Assembly: GCA_937958795.1 (NCBI GenBank)
Contig: CALGNA010000066.1
Coordinates: 1-38,075, forward strand
Reading direction: 5' to 3'
From: an uncultured Bdellovibrionales bacterium
Lineage (GTDB): Bacteria > Bdellovibrionota > Bdellovibrionia > Bdellovibrionales > UBA1609
Length of the DNA stretch: 38,075 bases
Shown: positions 9,198 to 17,319 of the stretch, in pieces
Position numbering within the stretch: the first letter of the stretch is position 1
How the letters are laid out: each line of letters starts with the position of its first letter
Position numbers and translations under genes: made by a program
Notes under the pieces: generated by a model
Told to the model about the DNA's origin: nothing
Seen by the model: the letters and a program-made list of their open reading frames with translations, nothing else
Database searches by the model: none

Positions 9198-9395
9198 ATG
9201 AAAAATATTAAAAATTGGGCAAAAAAAGAGTTTAAAAGATTTTGCCAAGAAGAATCTGCTCAGGGCATGACAGAGTACATCTTGTTAGCCGTTGTTGTGA
9301 TTGGTGCACTTATTGCCTTTAAACAACCCATTCAAGATGCATTAAGCGGAAAAACCTCTGATGTAACAAGTGAAATTGGTAACTTCGGTTTCTAA
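9198..9395 (+). CDS. flp: Flp-family type IVb/IVc pilin (prepilin)
   Basis: The sequence MKNIKNWAKKEFKRFCQEESAQGMTEYILLAVVVIGALIAF has a basic leader, the Flp EY motif and a hydrophobic helix. AGGAG at 9187-9191 lies 6 nt before the ATG at 9198, so I prefer this start to the track start at 9174. Confidence 0.85.
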   Translation: MKNIKNWAKKEFKRFCQEESAQGMTEYILLAVVVIGALIAFKQPIQDALSGKTSDVTSEIGNFGF

Positions 9396-9398
9396 GAA

Positions 9399-9578
9399 TT
9401 GACTCTTGAATACGTCCTCCTCTTACTATCAACAGTACTACTCGCCGTGAGCCTCTTTGGACAAGGAAGAGGCCCTATTGATAGTTTTGCAAAAGCTGGA
9501 CCTGCACTTGGTGCTAAGCTAGAATATGTCCTAGAAACAGGCTCTGACTTTGAAATGCTTTGGTCAGAACCCAACTAA
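9399..9578 (+). CDS. Flp-like small ORF (59 codons, TTG start), leaderless, in frame with flp
   Basis: My own translation is (M)TLEYVLLLLSTVLLAVSLFGQGRGPIDSFAKAGPALGAKLEYVLETGSDFEMLWSEPN*. It has the EY motif plus a hydrophobic helix, like a mature Flp. It starts one codon after the flp TAA (9393-9395), has no obvious SD, and at 59 aa is shorter than any ORF in the supplied track. Confidence 0.4.
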   Translation: MTLEYVLLLLSTVLLAVSLFGQGRGPIDSFAKAGPALGAKLEYVLETGSDFEMLWSEPN

Positions 9579-9643
9579 AGTCTTTTTAAATTTCTATCAA
9601 ATTTTTCTACTGACCATCTTATAATCTAAAACTCCCCTGGTCC

Positions 9644-9669
9644 TTAGGCTCTTCTGGCCTGGTTTTTTT
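9644..9669 (+). terminator. Weak intrinsic terminator/attenuator after the pilin gene(s)
   Basis: The stem TTAGGC-N7-GCCTGG has 4 Watson-Crick and 2 G-U pairs and is followed by T7 (9663-9669). Partial termination after the major pilin gene is common in pilus operons. Confidence 0.3.
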
Positions 9670-9694
9670 ACACACACTGATTCAAAATAAAGAG

Positions 9695-10195
9695 ATGATA
9701 ACGGGCTTCTTTTTAACACTTATTATTTTTGTTCTCTTTTTTTCAGGCGTTGCTGAGGATTTTATTTCAAAAAAAATTTCTAATTGGACCAACTTGATTC
9801 GACTTGGAGTAAGCCTTCTTATTGTCCTTTTGATTCTTGGTTTTGATCACTGGACCCTGCGACTGACAAGCATCCCTCTTGTTCTAGGCCTTATGCTTCC
9901 ACTCTTTTTAATCAGGGCTATTGGAGCTGGTGATGTCAAACTTATGGCAGCCCTTGCTGTTTTTTGGGATTGGAAGCAAGTTGTTTTTATTCTACTTTTT
10001 AGCCTTATCTGGGGCGCCCTGTTTGGAGTTATTTCAAGTCTACTAAAAGACAGGGGCAAGACTCTTTTAAAAAATATCTATCTTATTGCTCACAAACACC
10101 TCTACTTTACAGCTCACTATATGCCATTTAGTTTTGCACTCTTTTTAGGTTGGGTGACTGTTCTTATCTTTGGAGTGGATTTTCCATGGCTATAA
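9695..10195 (+). CDS. tadV: Flp prepilin peptidase (A24 family, short TadV/CpaA type)
   Basis: 166-aa polytopic membrane protein. The two aspartate motifs are present: EDFISKKISN (D..(R/K).I(P/S)N type) and GAGDVKLMAAL. Confidence 0.85.
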   Translation: MITGFFLTLIIFVLFFSGVAEDFISKKISNWTNLIRLGVSLLIVLLILGFDHWTLRLTSIPLVLGLMLPLFLIRAIGAGDVKLMAALAVFWDWKQVVFILLFSLIWGALFGVISSLLKDRGKTLLKNIYLIAHKHLYFTAHYMPFSFALFLGWVTVLIFGVDFPWL

Positions 10196-10449
10196 GAACA
10201 TCAACATCACATACAAAAAATAATGCTGGCCAAGGTATGGTAGAAGCCATTTTAATAGCTGTTCTGGTCTTAGGGGTTGCTAAGCTTGTCGTAGGTACTA
10301 TTAAGGGCGAAGAGTATTTAGCTAAAATAACCAACGGTCCCTGGAATAGCATTCGTGGTGTTATAGAATACGGTCGATATAAAAAGTATACATCTGCTGA
10401 TGCAGATACAGATCACCCTCATCTATGGGCTACGGGTAAAGTTCCTTAA
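10186..10449 (+). CDS. Flp/pseudopilin-like protein with class-III signal motif
   Basis: The sequence MAIRTSTSHTKNNAG-QGMV-EA-ILIAVLVLGVAKLVV fits G-x4-E followed by a hydrophobic helix. The ATG at 10186 with GGAG at 10172 is preferred over the TTG at 10150, which lies inside tadV. Confidence 0.65.
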   Translation: MAIRTSTSHTKNNAGQGMVEAILIAVLVLGVAKLVVGTIKGEEYLAKITNGPWNSIRGVIEYGRYKKYTSADADTDHPHLWATGKVP

Positions 10450-11058
10450 ATGAGGCTTTTAAAAAAACAAAATCGAACTCTTCAAGATCATTCAGGTTTT
10501 TTAACGCTTGATTTTATACTAGTAGCTCTTGTCATATTTTCACTTTTTTTGGTTTATATGAATCTTCTTTTTAGCTTTTCGAGTACTTTTCTTTTTCAAT
10601 ATGCCAGTTATTCATCAGCCAGAAGCTATATGGCTGGTGATATTTCTGAAGTCGAGCAGGAGTCAAATGCTGATATAAAGTTTCAAAACCTTTTAAATCA
10701 AAATTTTTTTAGTCTTTTGGATAAAAACAAATGGATCGTGGTTTCTGACTTTAGAATGGGCTATGACAGTACTAAATCTCAACGTTCAAATCCGGGTGCC
10801 TACAAACCTTTTCAAGGTGTCCAGATATCACTTATTTATAAAATGCTGTCCTTTGAACTTCCCATTGCTGGCTCTACTTCGTTTTCTGGCTCTCCTGATG
10901 CCTTTCAAGCAACGGTTAGCTCTTTTTTAAGAAGAGAGCCTTCACAAGAAGATTGTGTCGAGTTTAATAAAAAAAGACCTGATAAAATTTATCAAGTTTT
11001 AGGCGTAAGTGGACAAGTCGCGGCCCCCGTTTTTTTTGCAGGTGAAAATGGCTGCTAA
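10450..11058 (+). CDS. TadE/TadF-like pseudopilin
   Basis: The N-terminus ...QDHSG-FLTL-DF-ILVALVIFSLFLV is a TadE-type motif with Asp in place of Glu. The start abuts the preceding stop (TAA ATG). Confidence 0.6.
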   Translation: MRLLKKQNRTLQDHSGFLTLDFILVALVIFSLFLVYMNLLFSFSSTFLFQYASYSSARSYMAGDISEVEQESNADIKFQNLLNQNFFSLLDKNKWIVVSDFRMGYDSTKSQRSNPGAYKPFQGVQISLIYKMLSFELPIAGSTSFSGSPDAFQATVSSFLRREPSQEDCVEFNKKRPDKIYQVLGVSGQVAAPVFFAGENGC

Positions 11059-11566
11059 ACATAACGCCACTTTATTAAAAAACAATTTTCAAAATTCTGG
11101 GTTTGCTTCCATTGAAATGATTCCCATTTTAATTGTTGTTGTGGGTCTTTTAAGTTTTAGCTTTGGTTTTTTCAGTGTCATTCAAAGAGCCACGCTTTCG
11201 AGTATTTCAAGTTTAAATTCATCTATCTCTACGATGACAAATAGAGCTAATGTAACGCACTTTAACAGTAACCCAGCTAATAATGTAGAGGACCTCTATC
11301 CTCTACGATATAGACTTGTTTATATTAGAAAATCCGGTGCCTCAGTGCTTGGGCCTCAAAAGGATTCACCCGACATTAGTCTTATTCGTGAACCTTCCAG
11401 CCAAGGCTTTTCAAACCCTAGCCTTAATACCAGTGCCGACTTTCATAACCAGGAATTGGAAGCTCATGATCACTTAAATGATCAAACAAGAGGCATAAAA
11501 GGGGTGAATCCTGTTTGGATTAAAACTGCCCTTGGGATATGCCTAAGAGCTGATTGCGGCCTCTAA
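11048..11566 (+). CDS. TadE/TadF-like pseudopilin
   Basis: MAAKHNATLLKNNFQNSG-FASI-EM-IPILIVVVGLLSF fits G-x4-E plus a hydrophobic helix. The ATG at 11048 with AGGTGA upstream is preferred over the GTG at 11009. It overlaps the previous gene by 11 nt. Confidence 0.6.
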   Translation: MAAKHNATLLKNNFQNSGFASIEMIPILIVVVGLLSFSFGFFSVIQRATLSSISSLNSSISTMTNRANVTHFNSNPANNVEDLYPLRYRLVYIRKSGASVLGPQKDSPDISLIREPSSQGFSNPSLNTSADFHNQELEAHDHLNDQTRGIKGVNPVWIKTALGICLRADCGL

Positions 11567-11680
11567 TACATTTATACATGCAAGAAATCTAGACTTATTT
11601 GAAATAGCTTTTTTACCGATAACTTCATTGAAATCCTTTTATTTAAAGGAATTAACTTTAGCTTTTATTGAGGTTTATCA

Positions 11681-12646
11681 ATGGACAACACTTCATCCCG
11701 CAACTTATGGATCTCTTTAGGTTTAGGACTCTTAAGTGTTTTATTACTCTTTAGTTACACTCAGGAAAAAAACCAAGAACTAACTAAAAAGTTTGGCGCA
11801 ACTGATGTTGTTGTCGTAGCTAAAGTAGACATACTTGAACTCCAAACTATAGACGAGACCATGATCGAGGTTGTGGAAAAACCTGTGGATTACATTGAAC
11901 CAGGAGCCATGAAGCGACCTCAAGAACTTGTTGGACAGGTTGCCACAGTTCCCATTAAAAAAAATGAACAGATCCTAAGTACTAAAATTTTACCACCTGG
12001 ACCTTTTACTGGCTTATCCTTACAAATTTCACCAGGTAAGCGTGCTCTAACACTTCCTATTGATGCCATGAGAGGCGTTGCTAAGCTAATCAAGCCAGGT
12101 GATCGCGTTGATTTAATCATCGCAGTCGATCACGGACGTGGACAAAACCAAAAACGTGAAGTCCGAACTCTTATGGAAAATGTTGTTGTACTTGCTACGG
12201 GTTTAAGAATTGCCAATGAACTTCCCCTTCTTTATGAAAAAGACCCTCGTGGTGAAAAGCTCACAGCCTATAACCTAACTAAAGATACCAGCTTTAATTC
12301 TATTACAATTGAAGCAAACCCTCTTGAGGCTCAAAAGCTTGTTTATGTTCTGGCTACAGACCCTAGTAAACTTTTTATGACCCTACGACACCCTACTGAC
12401 AGCTCTCCGACACAGGCTGGTACCATTGGTATTCAAAATATCTTGAGTTCTCAAAACCCAGCAGCAAGAACCACAAGCTCTGTGCGAGCGCCCTCATCAC
12501 AAAGAACTACCTCAAGCTTTAATCGCCCAGCAGCAGGGTCAAATTTTAATTCATTAGGTGCAAGTAAACCTCAAAGTCTTAAACCATCAAAAAGTCTACC
12601 ACGAAAAAGATCCTCAAATAGAACAGGAAGATTTAAATCGCTGTGA
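11681..12646 (+). CDS. cpaB: Flp pilus assembly protein CpaB/RcpC
   Basis: It has an N-terminal TM segment, a SAF-like region (VVVAKVDILELQTIDETMIE) and a CpaB-type core (IKPGDRVDLI...VLATG). It carries an unusual Ser/Thr/Pro/Arg-rich C-terminal tail. Confidence 0.85.
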   Translation: MDNTSSRNLWISLGLGLLSVLLLFSYTQEKNQELTKKFGATDVVVVAKVDILELQTIDETMIEVVEKPVDYIEPGAMKRPQELVGQVATVPIKKNEQILSTKILPPGPFTGLSLQISPGKRALTLPIDAMRGVAKLIKPGDRVDLIIAVDHGRGQNQKREVRTLMENVVVLATGLRIANELPLLYEKDPRGEKLTAYNLTKDTSFNSITIEANPLEAQKLVYVLATDPSKLFMTLRHPTDSSPTQAGTIGIQNILSSQNPAARTTSSVRAPSSQRTTSSFNRPAAGSNFNSLGASKPQSLKPSKSLPRKRSSNRTGRFKSL

Positions 12647-14160
12647 ATTTTTTATACCGTCTCTTTTTTATTTTACTGATAAGTCTGGGAACTTCCTTTT
12701 TCAGCTCTGCTTTGAACTCCAACACCGGAGATCTTACAAAGTATGAAAACCTCTATCTTGTTCAAGGTGTTTATAGTGATCAAAAAATTGAGGGCCTCCC
12801 TACTAACTTTAAACTCGCTAATAGAAGATTTACTAAGATTGTGAGTCTTAGCTATGATTCTAAAGATAAAATTATGAGATTTAAGCCTTTAAAAAAAGGC
12901 AATGCAACTATCACTTTTTTAGATCCTAAAACAGATAATGTGATTAAACAGTTTAATATTTATGTAGCTAAAAGTGAGCTTCAAAGAAAAGCTCATGAAG
13001 TTGAAGACCTTCTCAAAACAGTTGAAGGCGTAAACATTAAAGTTATTAACGATAAAATCGTTGTGGATGGACTTATTGTTTTGCCTTCAGACATGAACCG
13101 AATTGCATCTGTTATCAAACAGTATCCAGATTCTGTTTCCTTAGTTCGCTTAAGTCCTCTTGCCTATCAAAAAATCTCTAGAAGAATAGAACAAGAAATT
13201 AACAATCCAGATGTTTATGTTAAATCTATCAATGGTTGGTTTATCATCGAGGGCCAAGTTGCTACTCCAGAAGAGAAAACAAAAACTATTGAGTTAGCAT
13301 CTGCATTTATACCAGATCAGGTTGTTCAGTTTGCTGAGTCTGGACCCGATGGTGCACGATTAAACGTTAGAAAAAGAAAAACGGTTCCTATTATTGATAA
13401 TTTAAAAATTAAAATACCTCCTCCTGGCCCCCCTCCTCCTGAACCAAAGTTATTTCAAATTACGGTCCATTACGTCGAACTTCAAAAAGATTTCAGCAAA
13501 GGTTTTCGCTTCCAGTGGACTCCAACTATGCTAACAAATACTGAAGTTAGCGCAGGTATAGGTGGAGCTATCACTCAGCCTATAGCTGCTATTCAAGCAA
13601 CCATCTCTAATCTCATCCCTCGTTTGGATTGGGCCAAGGAACATGGCTATGCCAGAGTTTTACAAAGTGGAAGTTTATTAGTTAAAGAAAATGTTATCGG
13701 AAAGTTAAACAGTAAAGAAAGCATACCTTATCAATCCTTTTCTGAAGGACAATTTGGCTCTACCAAAACAGAGTACTTAGATGTGAGCTTTGATTTGACT
13801 GTTCAACCTAAACTTAAAAACCCACGTTCTGACCAAATTGATTTAAATCTTGGTTTTGTTCTTGAGCAATCCTCTGGAAGCTCTGCAGGTCCTAGTAAAA
13901 CTGGTAACTCTATTTCTACAGAAGTTACAGTTAGATCTGGTCACAGTGCAGCCGTTGGTGGAATTATTAAGTCTGCTCACTCAAAGGGATTTAACCGTTT
14001 ACCTACAAGTGTTCCCGCTAATCCACTTTTTAAATTATTTACATCTAAAAATTTCTCAAGTGGACACAGCGAATTTGTTGTTTTTGTCACACCTCAAGTC
14101 AGACATTCGGCAAGTGATAATGTAGATAAAATTAAAAAGAAACTTAGGCTAAAGAGATAA
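12643..14160 (+). CDS. cpaC: Tad secretin CpaC/RcpA
   Basis: The GTG start overlaps the cpaB stop (GTGA). It has a signal peptide and a pilus-N-type domain (RFKPLKKGNATITFLD). A PPPGPPPPEP linker is present, and the secretin C-terminus reads LPTSVPANPLFKLFTSKN...EFVVFVTPQV. Confidence 0.85.
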   Translation: MNFLYRLFFILLISLGTSFFSSALNSNTGDLTKYENLYLVQGVYSDQKIEGLPTNFKLANRRFTKIVSLSYDSKDKIMRFKPLKKGNATITFLDPKTDNVIKQFNIYVAKSELQRKAHEVEDLLKTVEGVNIKVINDKIVVDGLIVLPSDMNRIASVIKQYPDSVSLVRLSPLAYQKISRRIEQEINNPDVYVKSINGWFIIEGQVATPEEKTKTIELASAFIPDQVVQFAESGPDGARLNVRKRKTVPIIDNLKIKIPPPGPPPPEPKLFQITVHYVELQKDFSKGFRFQWTPTMLTNTEVSAGIGGAITQPIAAIQATISNLIPRLDWAKEHGYARVLQSGSLLVKENVIGKLNSKESIPYQSFSEGQFGSTKTEYLDVSFDLTVQPKLKNPRSDQIDLNLGFVLEQSSGSSAGPSKTGNSISTEVTVRSGHSAAVGGIIKSAHSKGFNRLPTSVPANPLFKLFTSKNFSSGHSEFVVFVTPQVRHSASDNVDKIKKKLRLKR

Positions 14161-16382
14161 TGGCAACTCCTAACTCAAGCTCCATTATTACGATCATTGG
14201 CGGAAAAGGCGGCTTGGGGAAAAGCGTCTTTGCCTCTAATCTAGCATGTGCCATTCAAACTCAACTTAAAGCTAAAACGTGCCTCATAGATTCTGATCCC
14301 AATAGCTGTGGCGATCTTAATATTTTGCTCAATTTAAAACCAACAAAAACGTTTTCAGACCTGACAAGTTTTTCAGGAAATGTTTCGCAATCTGTTTTAA
14401 ACTCTCATCTCACAAAGCACTCTTCAGGTTTAAGTCTCTTAGCTTCTGTTGTTGACCCAACACAGTCTCCCGAGCCTGAATCATCAAATATTGGCTTTGC
14501 TCTTAATACTATTGCTCAATCACATCCCTTTATCATTGTTGATCAAGGCCATGAGTGGTCTCCAAGTCTAGAAGCTATGCTTCATAAGACACATTTACTT
14601 ATTTTTGTTTTAACTCCAGATCTTTTAACTTTAAATCATTCAAAAAAACTTTTAAATAAAGTACTTGCCTCAGGAGTGCCTAAAGAGATCATTTACTCTG
14701 TTGTTAACCAAGCAACGCCAAACGGTATTAAGGCATCGGTATTAAGCTCAACCATGAAACTGCCTCTCTTAGGTCAAATCCCTGAAGATAATGCAACTGT
14801 TCAAAGCTCTATTCAAAAGGGAATGCCTTTTGTTCTGACTAGCCGATCACCTGTTGCTGCAGGGTTTACTAGTATTTTAAGACAGCTCCAAGGCGGACTC
14901 TTAGCTAAATTAAAAGCATTTGAAAACAAGAAACCTGCAAATCATTTAAAGGTCTTAAATTCTTCAAATTCATCTCATGATAGCAACAATAACAAATTAA
15001 AACTTATGATCCACGAAGCTCTTATAAAAGAAATGGATCTTAAAAAAGATTTACACAACACCAAAGAAGATCCCAAAAAAGAGACAGAGCTTAGAGAAAA
15101 AACAAAAAAAATGATCTCTCAACTTATTACAAGAATGGCTCCTCAATTAGCCAGAGAGCAAAGGTCTACTATTTTAGAAGAAGTTCTTGCAGAGGCTCTT
15201 GACCTTGGAGCATTAGAAAAACTCTTAAGTGATGATGCCGTTACAGAGATTATGGTAAATGGTTGCGATAGAATCTTTGTAGAAAAAAATGGAAAAGTGG
15301 TTTTAAGCCCCTTAACATTTACATCCAATCAACAACTTCGTAACATCATTGAACGTATTGTGACTCCTCTTGGTCGACGTATTGATGAAAAAACACCTTA
15401 TGTGGATGCGAGACTCAAAGATGGGAGTCGAGTTAACGCCGTCATTGAGCCTCTTTCTATAGATGGTCCAGCATTAACGATTCGTAAATTTGCAAAAGAA
15501 ACCATTACGCCACAACACTATTTAAACTGGGGATCCATGACTCAACCCATGGTTCACTTCTTAAAACTTTGCGTGGAACAGGGCCTTAACGTTGTGATCT
15601 CTGGTGGTACCGGATCTGGTAAAACAACTTTACTTAATGTTCTTTCAAGCTTTATCCCCTCAAACGAAAGAATCGTAACTGTGGAAGATGCAGCTGAATT
15701 GCAACTCTCACAGGAGCATGTTGTTCGACTCGAGACTCGTCCTGCCAACATGGAAGGCACTGGTGCTATTGAAATTAGAGATTTGGTCCGAAACTCATTA
15801 CGTATGAGACCTGATAGAATCATCGTTGGGGAGTGTCGTGATGGAGCTGCTCTTGATATGCTTCAAGCCATGAACACAGGGCATGATGGGTCCATGACCA
15901 CTGTTCATGCCAACAGCCCAAGAGAAGGTGTCTCAAGACTTATGACTTTATGTATGATGGCAGGAATGGACTTACCTTCGCAAGCCATACGTGAACAAAT
16001 TGCTGGAGCAGTTAACCTTTTTGTACAAATCGGTAGATTAAGCGATGGAAGCCGTAAGGTTAAGAGCATTACAGAAGTTGTTGGCATGCAGGGTGAAACT
16101 ATCACATTGCAGGAAGTTTATAGGTTTAAAGAAGAGGGCTTTGATAAAAATAGAAAGATAGTGGGTCAATTTCAAGCAACAGGTCTTATTCCAACTTTTA
16201 TTGAAAAATTTGAAAGAAAAGGTCTCAAAATACCACGTACATTATTTTCAAATGATCCCAGCACACAAAAAGCTGGCGTACAAAAAGCTGGCCTTAAAAA
16301 AACGAGCACACAAAAAGCTCAAGTTAAGTCTTTTAAGCCAAAATCTCTCACTAAAAAAGCAGTTGGAGGGTCTGACGAATGA
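14160..16382 (+). CDS. Fusion protein: CpaE/TadZ-type MinD/ParA ATPase domain + CpaF/TadA secretion ATPase
   Basis: A single uninterrupted 740-aa ORF. Residues ~8-250 carry a deviant Walker A IIGGKGGLGKS and a MinD/ParA-like fold pattern. After an Asn/Ser linker comes a complete CpaF: KLMIHEALIKEMDL..., Walker A SGGTGSGKTTLLN, Walker B/Asp box IIVGECRD and the His box TGHDGSMTTVHAN. Confidence 0.85.
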   Translation: MATPNSSSIITIIGGKGGLGKSVFASNLACAIQTQLKAKTCLIDSDPNSCGDLNILLNLKPTKTFSDLTSFSGNVSQSVLNSHLTKHSSGLSLLASVVDPTQSPEPESSNIGFALNTIAQSHPFIIVDQGHEWSPSLEAMLHKTHLLIFVLTPDLLTLNHSKKLLNKVLASGVPKEIIYSVVNQATPNGIKASVLSSTMKLPLLGQIPEDNATVQSSIQKGMPFVLTSRSPVAAGFTSILRQLQGGLLAKLKAFENKKPANHLKVLNSSNSSHDSNNNKLKLMIHEALIKEMDLKKDLHNTKEDPKKETELREKTKKMISQLITRMAPQLAREQRSTILEEVLAEALDLGALEKLLSDDAVTEIMVNGCDRIFVEKNGKVVLSPLTFTSNQQLRNIIERIVTPLGRRIDEKTPYVDARLKDGSRVNAVIEPLSIDGPALTIRKFAKETITPQHYLNWGSMTQPMVHFLKLCVEQGLNVVISGGTGSGKTTLLNVLSSFIPSNERIVTVEDAAELQLSQEHVVRLETRPANMEGTGAIEIRDLVRNSLRMRPDRIIVGECRDGAALDMLQAMNTGHDGSMTTVHANSPREGVSRLMTLCMMAGMDLPSQAIREQIAGAVNLFVQIGRLSDGSRKVKSITEVVGMQGETITLQEVYRFKEEGFDKNRKIVGQFQATGLIPTFIEKFERKGLKIPRTLFSNDPSTQKAGVQKAGLKKTSTQKAQVKSFKPKSLTKKAVGGSDE
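16261..16320 (+). repeat. Short in-frame direct repeats encoding the Lys-rich C-terminal tail of the CpaE-CpaF fusion
   Basis: ACAAAAAGCTGGC occurs at 16265-16277 and 16280-16292 (15-nt period). GCACACAAAAAGCT occurs at 16261-16274 and 16306-16319. The encoded peptide is STQKAG-VQKAG-LKKT-STQKAQ. Confidence 0.6.
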
Positions 16383-17266
16383 ACTTCTTACAAGAACTAA
16401 TAGGTAAAGAGTGGTTTTTTATTCCAATCTTTGGGTTACTAGTTTTCTTATGTTTATTTTTTGTTCTCCAACCTCTCATTGATTTTATAACAAGAAATCA
16501 TTCTAAGGCTTTTGAAAAGACATCCTTTAACTTAGATCTCATATTTGTAGATGTAGAGCCCAAACAACTTAACGGTCTTATTATTTTCTCAAGCTTTGGA
16601 CTAGGTATCTTGTTTTTTCTACTAGCTTGGCCAAATTTTATAGCCTCTCTTATCCTCTTTGCAGTTATAACTCCCCTTGGCTGGCTTCTGCCCCCCTTGG
16701 TCACTAAATTTTTATGGGAAAAACGCTCTACAGAAATCACCAATCAAATGGTCGATGGGATGACTATTATGGCCAATGGAATTAAAGCAGGACTCTCCAT
16801 AACACAATGCATGGAAAGAGTTTTAGAACATTTAAGCGGCCCATTATCTCAAGAGTTTAAAATTGCCTTAAACAAGGTCAGATTAGGACGAACAGTTGAG
16901 GATGCATTATCTGAAATGGCAGAACGTGTCCCTAAACAAGATGTGCAAATGCTTGTGACTTCTATCAATATTTTAAAAGAGACTGGTGGTAATCTTGGTG
17001 AAACTTTTGAAACCATCAATTTTGTTGTTAGAGAGCGACAAAAGTTGGAGAAAAAAATTCAAGCCATGACAGCAACGGGTACTTTCCAGGGCCTTATTTT
17101 ATCAAGTGTCCCCTTTTTACTCCTAGCTTTTTTTAGTTTTGCAGACCCGACTTATGTTAAGCCCTTATACAATACAATGCCTGGACTTTTGTCCCTAGGA
17201 GGGGTCGTGTTCTTGGTCTGTCTAGGTGGCCTAATGATCAAGAAAATTGTTAGCATAAAGGTCTAA
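16379..17266 (+). CDS. tadB: Tad platform protein TadB/TadC (T2SS F family); only one copy in the locus
   Basis: 295-aa polytopic membrane protein with a cytoplasmic helical T2SSF-like domain (MANGIKAGLSITQCMERV...LGRTVEDALSEMAERVP). The ATG overlaps the preceding TGA (ATGA), and GGAGG lies 9 nt upstream. Confidence 0.8.
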   Translation: MNFLQELIGKEWFFIPIFGLLVFLCLFFVLQPLIDFITRNHSKAFEKTSFNLDLIFVDVEPKQLNGLIIFSSFGLGILFFLLAWPNFIASLILFAVITPLGWLLPPLVTKFLWEKRSTEITNQMVDGMTIMANGIKAGLSITQCMERVLEHLSGPLSQEFKIALNKVRLGRTVEDALSEMAERVPKQDVQMLVTSINILKETGGNLGETFETINFVVRERQKLEKKIQAMTATGTFQGLILSSVPFLLLAFFSFADPTYVKPLYNTMPGLLSLGGVVFLVCLGGLMIKKIVSIKV

Positions 17267-17319
17267 GGTTTTTTAGATAAACTCTGAGAAGCCTTTGTCA
17301 GCTTTATCCTGGGGTTTAT

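Noticed and set aside
9392-9574. The 60-aa - strand ORF listed in the track between flp and tadV.
   Set aside because: Its translation is Ser/Pro/Arg-rich with no protein-like features. The opposite strand encodes an EY motif plus a hydrophobic helix typical of Flp. I treat it as the antisense shadow of the flp-like ORF.
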